64,000 bases of DNA from an uncultured delta proteobacterium (GTDB lineage: Bacteria > Desulfobacterota > Binatia > UBA9968), in contig CAWDPO010000004.1 of NCBI GenBank assembly GCA_963804165.1, forward strand, positions 128,001 to 192,000, given 5' to 3'. A model generated the notes under the pieces. That model searched no databases. It was not told the DNA's origin and was given only the letters and a program-made list of their open reading frames with translations. Positions 21,427 to 32,222 of the stretch are shown here, one piece after another. Numbering within the stretch: position 1 is the first letter of the stretch; each line of letters starts with the position of its first letter. The position numbers were made by a program, and so were the translations under genes.

Positions 21427-21978
21427 CTATTCGTGCTCGTTCTCGGGACTGCGTCCGGCCAAAAGGTCGAAGATCTCCGGCGCCAAACTCGTTGCCGCAG
21501 CTTCGCGAAGTTTCCCTGCAAGCGCCAGCAGCTCCGAGGCGCTCGTGGCAGTGAATTCGATGTGGAGCCGTCCGCCTTCTAATCCCGGCGGCACGCTCAC
21601 GCGAATCTCCGGATGGAGCTTCAAACTCTTAATCCTATTCCGAATCTCGTCTTCGGTTATCGCCAAACGCGGAAATCTCCACCGCCTGAGTTGCTCTTTG
21701 ATTCGCTTAACTTTATCGGCGCGACCCAATCGCGGGTCGGTGCTGACATCGCTAATTGCTTTTGTTGCCAAGATTTGGTTGATCTTCGCGTGATCGCGCA
21801 GGGCGATTTCCTCGAGCCAATCCATGATATCTCTTAAGTGATTTTCGCCAATTTTAAGCGTGATAGCGAGATCTCCAAGCGCGTCCCTATCCGTCTCTTC
21901 CCACCCGAGCCAGCGCGCCAGGGTTTGCGAATGAAAACTTTTCTCGTGCGCGTAAACGCGCATCTCGCTCTCCGACAT
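21427..21978 (-). CDS. hypothetical helical protein
   Basis: Intact ORF tightly packed between GT2 and SPL genes; no recognised motif. Confidence 0.6.
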   Translation of the reverse strand: MSESEMRVYAHEKSFHSQTLARWLGWEETDRDALGDLAITLKIGENHLRDIMDWLEEIALRDHAKINQILATKAISDVSTDPRLGRADKVKRIKEQLRRWRFPRLAITEDEIRNRIKSLKLHPEIRVSVPPGLEGGRLHIEFTATSASELLALAGKLREAAATSLAPEIFDLLAGRSPENEHE

Positions 21979-22843
21979 CCCTTTTCTCCTCTGTAAATTC
22001 TGTGAAGACGGCCTCGTAGGCCCCCGCTTCCTGCTCTTTTCCCCTCTTGCGCGCGCCTCGCGCGAGGATCATGACTTTGCGCCGCAGCGCTTCGAGCGCC
22101 GCCGTCCTGCGTGCGCCATCAAGACCCGAGCACAATATTTTTTGCAATGCCAAAATTCGATAACGATCCATGCCCCACAGGGAACGCGACAACTGATCGG
22201 CGTGACCACCCCGCTTTACGACGAGAGCCTCAGGAATCAACGGCACCGAATATGCCGAGGCGACGCGCAACCAAAGGTCGTAGTCTTCGCATACGGGAAA
22301 AGACTCATCGAAGCCACCGACCCGCTGGAAAAGGTCGCTTGTCATCATCACCGCGGACGGACTTACCAAACAGAGATCCAAGCTACGCACAAAGACGTCA
22401 CCGGAAGGCTTTCGATGAACCGCTTTAGCGTTGACCCTGACACCATTGCGAATCCAAATCTCCTCGGTCTGGCAAATTTGAATCTCCAGGTGCCGGTCCA
22501 GAAAGGCTATTTGGATCTCCAGTTTACGCGGCAGCCAAAGATCGTCGGAATCTAGAAAAGCAACGTAACGACCCTGGGCCTGGCTGACGCCGAAATTGCG
22601 CGCCGCGGCGACGCCCCGTCTCGTTGTCTTAAACAATCGTAAACGCCCACCGAATTTTGCCAATCGATTGACCGTGTCGTCCGTCGAACCGTCATCGACG
22701 ACGATGAGCTCAAAATCTCGAAAACTCTGCGCAAGCACAGAGTCGACGGCTTCGGCAATTAGAGGCCATCGGTTATAGGTTGGAATAACGACGCTGGTTA
22801 TCGGCGACACGACGGACTCGAGTCTTTGGATCTGACTGACCAA
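21887..22843 (-). CDS. glycosyltransferase family 2
   Basis: SVVIPTYNR, IVVDDGSTD, GVAAARN, AFLDSDD, CEDYDLWLR. Confidence 0.9.
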   Translation of the reverse strand: MVSQIQRLESVVSPITSVVIPTYNRWPLIAEAVDSVLAQSFRDFELIVVDDGSTDDTVNRLAKFGGRLRLFKTTRRGVAAARNFGVSQAQGRYVAFLDSDDLWLPRKLEIQIAFLDRHLEIQICQTEEIWIRNGVRVNAKAVHRKPSGDVFVRSLDLCLVSPSAVMMTSDLFQRVGGFDESFPVCEDYDLWLRVASAYSVPLIPEALVVKRGGHADQLSRSLWGMDRYRILALQKILCSGLDGARRTAALEALRRKVMILARGARKRGKEQEAGAYEAVFTEFTEEKRDVGERDARLRAREKFSFANPGALARVGRDG

Positions 22844-22883
22844 CCTCGCGGCCGGACGATCAACAGAGGGTTTTTCACGTACG

Positions 22884-23315
22884 CTAAATAAACGTCTCCA
22901 TTTTCTTGAAAAACTGGTCGACCATCATTTTGGCGACCCCGCTCATCATTCGTTGGCCGACGCTCGCGATCAGTCCGCCGACCTTGGCATCCGTGCTGTA
23001 TTTGAGCACGGTTTGTCCATCGCGTTCTTCTAAATCAATCGCCACATCGCCCTGCATAAAACCCGGACCGCCCGACCCTTGACCGCTCAAAACATAATGG
23101 GACGGGGCTTGTTTGTCTTTGATCGCAACCTTACCTTTGTACGTTCCTTTCACCGACGCAACTCCGACTTTCATCACGGCTTCAAATTGATCCGGCGCCA
23201 CTTCGTTCATGCTTTCGCAGCCCGGCATGCACTGCGCCATGACTTTCGGATCGAGCAAGACTTGCCAAACCCGGTCTCGTGACGCGTTAAAAGTGTAACT
23301 TCCTTCGATCTTCAA
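22884..23315 (-). CDS. CoxG/SRPBCC-family protein
   Basis: VWQVLLDP..MAQCMPGC, VGGLIASVGQR, FFK signature. Confidence 0.85.
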   Translation of the reverse strand: MKIEGSYTFNASRDRVWQVLLDPKVMAQCMPGCESMNEVAPDQFEAVMKVGVASVKGTYKGKVAIKDKQAPSHYVLSGQGSGGPGFMQGDVAIDLEERDGQTVLKYSTDAKVGGLIASVGQRMMSGVAKMMVDQFFKKMETFI

Positions 23316-23495
23316 AAACCTTTTCCTCTATGTTTATTTTGCGCTAGCTCTGCTGAGCCCGGTCGATTGCCGAATCCCTGATCGACCGCAAAAAACCATA
23401 ACTTCCATCGGTGTAAAAAACAACACTGGAGTCGAATCACAACTTGAGCCTAGAAGAGTTGACGACCACGATAAATAGCGACTGTGAGTTCTTGA

Positions 23496-25580
23496 TTGAA
23501 TCGCCGGCTAAGCTTCGCTAAACTTTCCCATCAGATGGCACAGCGAATACCCGCACTATTGCTGATTGTGGCGCTCGGGGTGTTGCCAGATCCGGTTTGT
23601 TCGCAGACCAACGATCCGAGCGACATGTTCGCAAGAGCATACGCTCTTTACACCAACGGCAAATCCGCCGACGCCAAGGAACTCTTCGAGAAGTTAATCG
23701 ATCCCAAGTTCCGTCTGGCGGACTATAGCTTATATTACCTCGCAGCAATTAACTTTAGCCAGTCGAATTGGGATCAGGCACGCCAGCTGCTCGCTCAATT
23801 GAAACAGCGATTTCCCCAGAGTATCTGGATTCAGTCAGCTGCGCTGCTCCAGGCCAAAATCGACATCGCCGAAAAAAAATACGGGCCGGCCACAGAAGCC
23901 CTGCGCCAGCTGCGCGCGGAAAAAGTGGCGCAACGCGACATCGCCGACGAAGCGCTCTATCTTCAAGCGCAGATCCAAGAAGCTCAGGGCGAGCCGCGCC
24001 GCGGTCATGCGCTTTACAATGAGTTGCGCGACCAATCGCCCAATTCGCGTTGGTCGACGGCCGCCAGAAAAGCGCTGGCTAAGTTACGCGACTCCTTTCC
24101 CGAGATTTTCGCGTTCCGCACGATCGAATCCCTTGCCGACGAGGCCGACCGCTTGGTGCGGGAGCGTCAAATTAATGAAGCTGAAGTCCTTTACAAGAAG
24201 CTTTTGAATAACGCGACAGACGCCGACGCCCGGCTGCGCTATTTGGTCAAGCTCGCGAACCTCTATCTCTCGGCCCGGAGCAGAAGCGAATCCATGCCCC
24301 TACTTGAGCTGATCGCCCGGGAATTCCCAGGGAGCCCTGAAGCGCCGAAGGCGCTCTATCAAATCGGTCAAATCTACTGGAATCGGCACGATAATGCCCA
24401 GGCATTCGAATATTTCAAACTGATCCTGGATAAATACCCGACCAGCGAGTATGTGGACCTCGCCCGCTTCGCCGTCGCGGACATCCATGAACACTTCGGC
24501 AGAAAAGAGGAAGCGATTCAGTTCTATAACGACATCATCCAGCCTTTTCCCAAGAGCCGGCTGCGCGACGACGCCGCCTGGCGCCTTGCCTGGCTGTACT
24601 ACCGAAACGCCGACCTTGCCGCCGCAGCGGCGACGCTGAAGCTTCTCGCGAGCCAGTCAGGCAACGGCCCACTCGCCACTGCAGCACTTTACTGGCAAGC
24701 GCGTGTTGCCGAGAAATCCGGCGACATCGACGGCGCCCGACAGCTTTACCGCCATCTGGTCAACGCGGCGATTGAATCCTATTACCAAACCCTGTCGCTC
24801 CGCAGTCTCCAACGCATCGGCGGTATCGCCGACGATCCCAAGATTGTCAAACCGTACGCCGCGCAGGAATCAGATCCTCCGATGCCGGCCGATCTGCTAT
24901 TTCACGTCACGCGCGCTCGCGCGCTCTCGTCGCTTTCTCTGCGCCAACTCGCTGTGGCCGAGCTCGACGAGGTCAACCGCAGGACAAAATCCGCCGGTCA
25001 CGTGCGCGCGCTCCTCATGCGCGAATATTTTCAGAACGGCGCCTACGGCCGGAGCCTGCAACTCGCCAACCAGCTCCCGAGCTCGCGCAGCGAGCGCGAC
25101 CTTTACCGCTATCCGCTGGCATTCTGGGATATGATTCAACAAAAGGCGCAAGACCGCGGTCTCGATCCCTATCTCGTCATCGCACTGATCCGCCAGGAGA
25201 GTTTGTTCGACACCCGCGCCCGCTCGCCGGCAGCTGCGATGGGACTCATGCAATTGATCGCACCGACCGCGGCGCGGGTCGCCAAGCAACTCGGCCTGCC
25301 GGCGCCCTCTCAAGAAACCCTCTTCGAGCCGGAAGTAAATCTCACTCTTGGCACGCAATACTTGAAAGATTTGCTGCAACGCTATTCGAACAACTGGTAC
25401 AAAGCCATCGCTGCGTACAACGCCGGCGAAGCCGCGGTTGATCGTTGGGAAAAGGAAATCGTCACCGACGATATCGAAGAGTTCGTCGAGCGTATACCCT
25501 ATGTCGAAACTCGGGGGTATGTTAAGCTTGTTTTACGAAATCACCAAATTTACAAACGGCTGTACGACACGCAAAAATGA
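23496..25580 (+). CDS. TPR-repeat soluble lytic transglycosylase (Slt70-like)
   Basis: Signal peptide, TPR repeats, IRQESLF, AMGLMQL, AAYNAG, IPYVETRGYV. Confidence 0.92.
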   Translation: MNRRLSFAKLSHQMAQRIPALLLIVALGVLPDPVCSQTNDPSDMFARAYALYTNGKSADAKELFEKLIDPKFRLADYSLYYLAAINFSQSNWDQARQLLAQLKQRFPQSIWIQSAALLQAKIDIAEKKYGPATEALRQLRAEKVAQRDIADEALYLQAQIQEAQGEPRRGHALYNELRDQSPNSRWSTAARKALAKLRDSFPEIFAFRTIESLADEADRLVRERQINEAEVLYKKLLNNATDADARLRYLVKLANLYLSARSRSESMPLLELIAREFPGSPEAPKALYQIGQIYWNRHDNAQAFEYFKLILDKYPTSEYVDLARFAVADIHEHFGRKEEAIQFYNDIIQPFPKSRLRDDAAWRLAWLYYRNADLAAAAATLKLLASQSGNGPLATAALYWQARVAEKSGDIDGARQLYRHLVNAAIESYYQTLSLRSLQRIGGIADDPKIVKPYAAQESDPPMPADLLFHVTRARALSSLSLRQLAVAELDEVNRRTKSAGHVRALLMREYFQNGAYGRSLQLANQLPSSRSERDLYRYPLAFWDMIQQKAQDRGLDPYLVIALIRQESLFDTRARSPAAAMGLMQLIAPTAARVAKQLGLPAPSQETLFEPEVNLTLGTQYLKDLLQRYSNNWYKAIAAYNAGEAAVDRWEKEIVTDDIEEFVERIPYVETRGYVKLVLRNHQIYKRLYDTQK

Positions 25581-26329
25581 CGAGAGACGCGCGCCCGTTA
25601 ATCGGTGTCACCGCAGATCTTTCCGAAGCTTCCGGCAGGCTCAAAAACCATCGAGAATCGACCTTAATCGTACCGCAAAGGTATCTGAGCGCCATCGAGC
25701 GTGCCGGTGCGATCCCGCTCGTCTTACCAGCAAGTAGCTCCGACTCCGCTTTGCGCCGAGTGGTAAGCCTCGTGGACGGTCTGGTCATTACCGGGGGAAA
25801 CTTTGACATCCACCCACAGTATTACGGCGAAACCCCGCGCAAAGAGCTCGGCGTGATCAAAGCGCAGCGTACCGAATTTGAGCTGGGAATGACCGCCGCG
25901 GCATTGGCGCAAGACCTTCCCGTGTTAGGTATTTGCGGTGGAGCGCAAGCAATCAACGTCGCTTTAGGCGGCTCGTTGTACCAAGACATCGAAGCGCAGT
26001 GCGCCGGCGCCGGCGCACACCAACAAAGCGAAAAAAAATATAGCGGCGGACATCGCATAACGGTGCAAAACGGCACACAGCTTCACGCCATTGTCCGACA
26101 GCGAAGCTTGGAGGTGAACACGACCCATCACCAGGCCGTCAAAAAGCTGGGGCGTGGTCTGGTCGTGAGCGCGTTTGCCGACGATGGTGTTATCGAGGCG
26201 ATAGAAAGCACGCGGCACCGATTCGTTCTCGGCGTCCAGTGGCACCCTGAAGTCTTGGCGCGACGAAAGGCGCAACAAAGCATATTCGCCGCCTTCGTCA
26301 AATGCTGCGCGCGGTGTCGCCGCGGTTGA
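25577..26329 (+). CDS. gamma-glutamyl-gamma-aminobutyrate hydrolase family (peptidase C26, PuuD-like)
   Basis: PLIGVT, LVITGG, LGICGGAQ, VNTTHHQAV, GVQWHPE. Confidence 0.88.
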   Translation: MTRDARPLIGVTADLSEASGRLKNHRESTLIVPQRYLSAIERAGAIPLVLPASSSDSALRRVVSLVDGLVITGGNFDIHPQYYGETPRKELGVIKAQRTEFELGMTAAALAQDLPVLGICGGAQAINVALGGSLYQDIEAQCAGAGAHQQSEKKYSGGHRITVQNGTQLHAIVRQRSLEVNTTHHQAVKKLGRGLVVSAFADDGVIEAIESTRHRFVLGVQWHPEVLARRKAQQSIFAAFVKCCARCRRG

Positions 26330-26347
26330 CAACTCACTCGGCCGCTT

Positions 26348-28666
26348 ATGACTATCGAGATTCTTAATCCCGATAACTATCGAACTTCTTTGTTCGCCCT
26401 CCCAACCCTGCTTACCGCGAGCACGATGTTGGCACTCGGGCTCATGGTTCTTATCCGCGAACGCCAGTCCCATGTCAGTATTTCTTTCTTCGTTATGACT
26501 GCGACGGCAGCACTCTGGTTATCGGGCTATTCATTCATGTACTGCGCAACCACCGAGCGCGTGGCGGCAACCTGGAGCACAATCGGCCACATCGGGATCG
26601 TTTTCATTCCTGCGTCGATACACCACTTCACGTTGACGGCGGTGGGGAGCTACCATCGCTACAAACGACGAGTCTGGTTGATCTGGGAAGTTTCCGGCGG
26701 CTTCTTGCTTTCCGTTATATCCACTGACGCGTTTTTCAGCGGCGTGCGCTCTTATACGTGGGGTTATTACCCGATATATCGCTGGATGGGAACCCTTTTC
26801 GTATGCTTTTTTCTCTGCCTCGTGGTCATGAGTTTGCGCCAATATTGGACCTCTTATCGTGCTGCGCCGTCAGGGGCTGGCAAATCGCGGAACCAGGGTT
26901 TGTTGCGTGCCTTTTGCATCGCGTATCTGGGATCTTTCGACTTCCTGGCCGCCTACGGCATCCCGCTTTATCCATTCGGATATATTCCCGTCCTGGGCTT
27001 CATCATCCTCGCCGACCGGACGATTCGACGATACCATCTGGTGAACATCACCCCCGAGTTCGCCGCCAAACAAATCATCAACGCGATGGACGATGCGCTG
27101 CTAATTTTGGACAGCGACGGCATCGTCCGCGTCGCAAATCACAACGCTTGCGAAATCTTCACCCGACCCGAAACCGAGATCGAAGGCTCACCTTTGTCGA
27201 CGCTGGCGATGGGTTTTACCCCAGTCACCGACACCCTCGCGCGCGAGATTCTCGAAGGAAAGTTGCGCAACCACGAATTACTGGCTCACAGCGGCGATAC
27301 CGCTATCAGCCTCTCGTCCTTCGTCATGCGCGACGCCGAGCACAACCCTATCGCCACGGTCTGCATGATCCGGGACGTCACTAAAGAGAAATCGGCCCAG
27401 CGCGAAATTCAGCGCCACACCGAACGACAAGCCGCACTTTACGAGCTCAACCTTGCGGCGACGTCGACGCTCGAGCTGCGCGCTGTATTAGATGTTTTGT
27501 TGGAATGGCTTGCCGGATTGGTTCCGGGGACCGCGACAACTGTCATGCTCTGCGGTGAAACCGACGAGCCGCTGCGACGGGTGGCCTGCCGCGGTATCGA
27601 TGAAGTCGCGTGGAAGTCGGAATCGTCCCTCCAAATCACACCGCTTCACCCGGTGCTGCGCTCAAAAGATGCCATTCTGGTATCCAATATTCAGATCGCC
27701 AACGAAGGACTGGATTCGGCATCTTTTGTCTCCCGGGGATTTCACTCCTATCTCGGCTTACCCCTTTTCGCGAAAGACCACGTCATCGGGATACTTTCGC
27801 TCTATTCTGAGCAGGAACGCCATTACAGCGATGAAGAAATAAACTTTCTACGCAGCCTCGCGGGTCAAGTGGCTGTGGCGATCCACAACTCTCAGCTCTA
27901 CGAGCAAACCCGCCAACAGGCTTCGGCGCTGGAAAAAGCCAACCTCGTTCGAGAGGATTTCTTGGGAGTGATGTCGCACGAACTAAGGACTCCGCTGAAC
28001 GTCATCTCCGGCTACGCGAGACTCGTGCACGAGGGCGTCATGGGCGACGTGAATGCGGAGCAAAAAAAGGCCTTGGATAAAGTCGGCCACCACGCCGACG
28101 AGCTCCTATTCATGGTGAACAGCATCATGAACGCAACCAAAATCGAAGCGGGCGCCTTGTCGGTGGATCCCGAACACTTTCCGTTAGCGAGTCTCTTGGA
28201 CGAGCTTAGAGTGCTTTATGATTATCCGTTTGGAAAGGATATCAGCGTGGATTGGGGCTATTCGGCGGATCTTCCTTCGTTGTATACCGACCGCGACAAG
28301 CTTAAACATATTTTACAAAACCTCATCAACAACGCGCTCAAATTCACCGACGAGGGCTCCGTGAGCATATTTGTCCGCCATCTTCCCGACAAAGACCGTG
28401 TCGAAGTGATGGTTAGGGATACTGGGGTCGGCATTCCACCGGAAGAATTACCGCTCGTCTTCGATCGTTTCCGGCAAATTGACAATTCAAGAACGCGCAC
28501 CTACGGCGGAGTCGGATTGGGGTTGCATATCGTCAAGACCTTCACTGAACTTCTCGACGGTCAGGTGACGGTCGCCAGCACTCCCGGCCAGGGCTCAAGC
28601 TTCACAATCACGCTTCCTTGCATCGGTCAGCAATCCAACACCACCAATCTTTCGCCGGGTCGCTGA
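26348..28666 (+). CDS. membrane sensor histidine kinase (7TM-PAS-GAF-HisKA-HATPase)
   Basis: About seven hydrophobic helices, PAS, GAF (SYLGLPL, VAIHNSQLY), MSHELRTPL, NALKFT, DTGVGI, GVGLGL. Confidence 0.92.
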   Translation: MTIEILNPDNYRTSLFALPTLLTASTMLALGLMVLIRERQSHVSISFFVMTATAALWLSGYSFMYCATTERVAATWSTIGHIGIVFIPASIHHFTLTAVGSYHRYKRRVWLIWEVSGGFLLSVISTDAFFSGVRSYTWGYYPIYRWMGTLFVCFFLCLVVMSLRQYWTSYRAAPSGAGKSRNQGLLRAFCIAYLGSFDFLAAYGIPLYPFGYIPVLGFIILADRTIRRYHLVNITPEFAAKQIINAMDDALLILDSDGIVRVANHNACEIFTRPETEIEGSPLSTLAMGFTPVTDTLAREILEGKLRNHELLAHSGDTAISLSSFVMRDAEHNPIATVCMIRDVTKEKSAQREIQRHTERQAALYELNLAATSTLELRAVLDVLLEWLAGLVPGTATTVMLCGETDEPLRRVACRGIDEVAWKSESSLQITPLHPVLRSKDAILVSNIQIANEGLDSASFVSRGFHSYLGLPLFAKDHVIGILSLYSEQERHYSDEEINFLRSLAGQVAVAIHNSQLYEQTRQQASALEKANLVREDFLGVMSHELRTPLNVISGYARLVHEGVMGDVNAEQKKALDKVGHHADELLFMVNSIMNATKIEAGALSVDPEHFPLASLLDELRVLYDYPFGKDISVDWGYSADLPSLYTDRDKLKHILQNLINNALKFTDEGSVSIFVRHLPDKDRVEVMVRDTGVGIPPEELPLVFDRFRQIDNSRTRTYGGVGLGLHIVKTFTELLDGQVTVASTPGQGSSFTITLPCIGQQSNTTNLSPGR

Positions 28667-28797
28667 CCCCGCTTCGCTCCAAGCACCAAGGTTTGTCGAT
28701 CCCAAAGGCTCACGCCGACCGCCGCCGCATCGAGTAGCCGGCATGTTGTTGCAATCTAAGCTCGCCTGGGGCAAACAGGAGAGCGGAAACGATTTTT

Positions 28798-29958
28798 TTG
28801 AGCTCGAAAGGAGTACCGATCATGGCGCATAAGTCCGGGGGAGATGTATTTGACAGAGCAGAAGCCGAAAAACTTCTTTACCCTGCTAGCCGTTTACCCG
28901 GCGGCGGGCAACTGGAAGTGCGCATGGAAATCTCACCGGACCATCCCGATCCAGACATCCGCGGCGTGGCGCGCCGAGTAAAATTTTTCAACCTTGAGAG
29001 TTGGCATAAGGAATGGACTGAAGTCGCTAAAAAGAACGAAGAGCTGGCCGCTGGCTTCGATCAGGAAAACCGCAAGCAAACGGCGCACGAGTTTTACCTG
29101 CGTGCCGCCGATTTCTACCGCCGCGCAGTCGTCTACATGGCCGAATCCGACCCGCGCATGCTGCCAACTTATAAGAAGCTCGAGGAAAACTTTAACAACG
29201 CTTGGACCATGGTCCCACCGCCCTTCGAACAAGTGGAGATCCCTTACGAAGGTCACAAGCTGCCGGCGTTGTTCTGGCCCGGCCGCGCCAAGTCGGGGAC
29301 TACATTACCGGTAGTTTATAACTACGGCGGCGCCGACGGCATTCTGCTGCGCGGCGAAGACGGCGGCGCGGGTCAGTATACGCGCCGCGGCATGTCGTTC
29401 CTCGACGTTGACGGCCCTGGACATGGCGGCACACTGCGCTATCACAAGCTCTATGCGCCGCCCGATTCTGAACGCGTCGCCAAGGCGGTGATCGATTATC
29501 TGGTCACTCGTGCGGACGTCGACTCCGATCGTATCGGCCTACACGGTTCTAGCATGGGCGGCTACTCGGGACCTCGCTCCGCGTCGGTCGAGAAAAGAAT
29601 CAAAGCCGTCGCCGTTTGGAGCGGCGCGTACAATCTCGTCGACGATATATTTGATTATTACCCGCCGATCCAGGAGCGTCTGCGTTGGCTGATGGGCGCT
29701 AAAGATATCAAAGACGCCCGTGAAAAGATCAAAGAGTTTACGCTTGTCGGTAGAGCGAATAAGATTGAATGTCCGCTGCTCGTCGGTTACAGCATCGACG
29801 ACCGCGTCATGGACCCGCGCGGCGCGCTCAAGCTCTATGAGAACACCGTCAACTCGCCCGATCGCTCCATGCTCGACGGTGTCGGCCACGGCCAGAAGAG
29901 ATTTGACCGCAGAACCTACATCGCCGACTGGTTCATGAAGCAGCTAAAAGCCGCTTAA
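28798..29958 (+). CDS. alpha/beta hydrolase (2,6-dihydroxypseudooxynicotine hydrolase/FrsA-like); start probably 28822
   Basis: VEIPYEG, GGADG, DGPGHG, nucleophile elbow GSSMGG, D and C-terminal GH. Confidence 0.82.
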   Translation: MSSKGVPIMAHKSGGDVFDRAEAEKLLYPASRLPGGGQLEVRMEISPDHPDPDIRGVARRVKFFNLESWHKEWTEVAKKNEELAAGFDQENRKQTAHEFYLRAADFYRRAVVYMAESDPRMLPTYKKLEENFNNAWTMVPPPFEQVEIPYEGHKLPALFWPGRAKSGTTLPVVYNYGGADGILLRGEDGGAGQYTRRGMSFLDVDGPGHGGTLRYHKLYAPPDSERVAKAVIDYLVTRADVDSDRIGLHGSSMGGYSGPRSASVEKRIKAVAVWSGAYNLVDDIFDYYPPIQERLRWLMGAKDIKDAREKIKEFTLVGRANKIECPLLVGYSIDDRVMDPRGALKLYENTVNSPDRSMLDGVGHGQKRFDRRTYIADWFMKQLKAA

Positions 29959-29988
29959 ACCGCTCGAAGGAAAATCGCAAAGGCACCT

Positions 29989-30828
29989 ATGTCAACTTTT
30001 AATCTCGCTCAATCCCTCGATCATTTCGTCGTTCCGGTAGACGACCTCGTCGCCGCCGAAGAATTTTACGTTCGTGTCTTCGGCGGCGTGATTACCAAGC
30101 GTAACGGTTTAAACGTCCGCCAACGTAAGCGGGGCGCGGTGCCACACACGTTCATCCAGATCGGTGGTAAACGCATGGGCGTCTATCTTCAAAGCGAGGA
30201 GCGCGCGCAGCCGACTGGCGCGCGCGGTTTGCCGACCTATTCGTTTACGACGACGGCAAAAGGTCTCGAAGCGGTCATGAAGGATATCGAACAGCTAGGC
30301 GTGCGTTTCGATACTCCCGTCAAGAACCCGTACCCTTTCGCCGACCAATGCCTATTCTTTACCGATCCGGCGGCAAATCACTACGCGGTTTATACGCCGA
30401 GGGATCCGGCTGAGACTGCGAATGGCGCCAACGGCCGTATAACGGCGGTCGGTTATATCGAATTGGAAGCGCCGGATGTAGATGCGTCGATCGAATTTTA
30501 CAAAACCGTCCTCGGCTTTGAGTTACAGAGCCGAAGCGAAACTGGCAAGCAGGCGATGCTCAAGATGGCAAGCGGCCAAACGTTGATCCTGACCGAAGCG
30601 CCTTTCTCGCCGAAGGGACTGGTAATGAGCCGCAAGGTGCCGGGACCTCACATAGCCTTTTACGTGCCCGCGCAAAAATGGAGTTCGGCGATGGCGCAGC
30701 TCGATCAGCTGGGCATTGCCAACGGCGATCGCGGCGCAGCCAAGGAACGCCACGACGGTCAAGGCGGCACATACATGGACGATCCGGCAGGCTACGTCAT
30801 CCAATTCATCACCGCTGGAATGGAGTGA
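29989..30828 (+). CDS. two-domain VOC/glyoxalase-family protein
   Basis: LDHFVVPVDDL..AEEFY, FFTDPAAN, second repeat IEFYKTVLG, HIAF, YMDDPAG. Confidence 0.85.
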   Translation: MSTFNLAQSLDHFVVPVDDLVAAEEFYVRVFGGVITKRNGLNVRQRKRGAVPHTFIQIGGKRMGVYLQSEERAQPTGARGLPTYSFTTTAKGLEAVMKDIEQLGVRFDTPVKNPYPFADQCLFFTDPAANHYAVYTPRDPAETANGANGRITAVGYIELEAPDVDASIEFYKTVLGFELQSRSETGKQAMLKMASGQTLILTEAPFSPKGLVMSRKVPGPHIAFYVPAQKWSSAMAQLDQLGIANGDRGAAKERHDGQGGTYMDDPAGYVIQFITAGME

Positions 30829-31682
30829 AAGTTTTGATAACCACCGATCAAGAGAAGCGTGCGCGGCTGCGCGCCATTCTCGCCGACCCGAAAGGCGCTA
30901 TCGCGCCCGGAGTCACCGACGCGCTGTTCGCGCGCCTCGCGCAAGACTGCGGCTATGGCGCCGTGCATCTCTCAGGCAATGCGATCCATAAGAACTTTTG
31001 CCTGCCGGACCGCAATCTCCTGACCATCACGCAAATCGCCCAGCGTGTCGGACAGATCTCGGAAATAAGCGATATCCCGCTGATCGTCGATGGCGGTACC
31101 ATTTGCCTCGAGAGCGCGGCGCTGAGGCGAACGGTAAAATCGTACGAGCGAGCGGGCGCCGCCGCGATTCGTTTCGAGGACAGCTTGGTCAACGAGTACG
31201 GCGCCCCCGCTGGGGATCTCACCATCGCACCGCTGCCCGTGATCGTCGAGCGCATCAAGGCCGCCGCTGACGCCCGTACCGACCCGTCTCTGGTTCTGAT
31301 TGCGCGATGTGATTCCAGGCCGAAAGAATCTCTCGATCAGGTTTGCCAACGGCTGGCGGCATACGCCGAAGCCGGCGCCGATGCCGTCGGCGTACAGCTT
31401 ACCGACGCCAATGACTTCCGCCACGTTGGCTCCCATGCGCCGGCGCCGCTGGTCGGCTTATGGCCCAGGGCGCAGATGAACGCGTTTCAGTTCTTGCAAA
31501 TGGGATTTCGCATCGCGCTCATGCCCTCCAGTCTCCCGCTTGCCGCCTTAGGCGGCGCGAGGGAGATGCTTCTCGCACTCAAGCGATCCGGCAGTGATCG
31601 CGATTATTTCGATAAGCGAAATGGTTCTGCCGAAACCGAAGTTTGGTATAAGAATCTGGGTTCGACTCGAAAGTTAATCTAA
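30825..31682 (+). CDS. isocitrate lyase/PEP mutase superfamily protein (divergent active site)
   Basis: APGVTDALFARL, LPD, PLIVD, AGAAAIRFED, LIARCD, AYAEAGAD; GTG start overlaps the VOC stop. Confidence 0.8.
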   Translation: MKVLITTDQEKRARLRAILADPKGAIAPGVTDALFARLAQDCGYGAVHLSGNAIHKNFCLPDRNLLTITQIAQRVGQISEISDIPLIVDGGTICLESAALRRTVKSYERAGAAAIRFEDSLVNEYGAPAGDLTIAPLPVIVERIKAAADARTDPSLVLIARCDSRPKESLDQVCQRLAAYAEAGADAVGVQLTDANDFRHVGSHAPAPLVGLWPRAQMNAFQFLQMGFRIALMPSSLPLAALGGAREMLLALKRSGSDRDYFDKRNGSAETEVWYKNLGSTRKLI

Positions 31683-31694
31683 CTGGAAGATTGC

Positions 31695-32195
31695 ATGCTC
31701 AAAGAGCTCCCACTGCCGCAGGCCTATCGGGCCACGCCCACCGGACTGTATCTCATTTCCACCGCGCACCAAGGCAAACGCAACGTCCAGTTTGCCTTCC
31801 GCGCCCTAGGTCTCTCCGATGAGCCTCCCCTGCTCATGATCGGTATCCAGGACAAAAATTTCAGCCGCGAGATGATCCAGAAAAGCGGTGAGTTCGTGTT
31901 GAATGTCTGCTCGCAAAGTCAGCTTCGCGCCGTGGACAAAAGTCGTGATCTCACCGGTCGCACGACCGACGACAAATTTCTTGCCCTGGGCTTAGACACA
32001 TTGCCGGCCAAGCTCGTGCAAGCTCCGTTGGTTGCCGGTTGTCACGCCAATGTGGAATGCCGGGTTGTTCACGAATTTACTTTGGACGGACTGTTCCTCT
32101 TCGTCGGCGAGGCGCTCGCGTCCTATGTCGACGATCAGACGCCGCCCGTAGGACGGCTTGCTGGAAAAACTTTTCGTTTCGACGGACCGATTTAG
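31695..32195 (+). CDS. flavin reductase-like FMN-binding protein
   Basis: PPLLMIGI, SGEFVLNV, DKF, APLV, ECRV, LFVGE. Confidence 0.85.
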   Translation: MLKELPLPQAYRATPTGLYLISTAHQGKRNVQFAFRALGLSDEPPLLMIGIQDKNFSREMIQKSGEFVLNVCSQSQLRAVDKSRDLTGRTTDDKFLALGLDTLPAKLVQAPLVAGCHANVECRVVHEFTLDGLFLFVGEALASYVDDQTPPVGRLAGKTFRFDGPI

Positions 32196-32222
32196 CGCGA
32201 TCCCTCGCCAAGGAGGTATACC

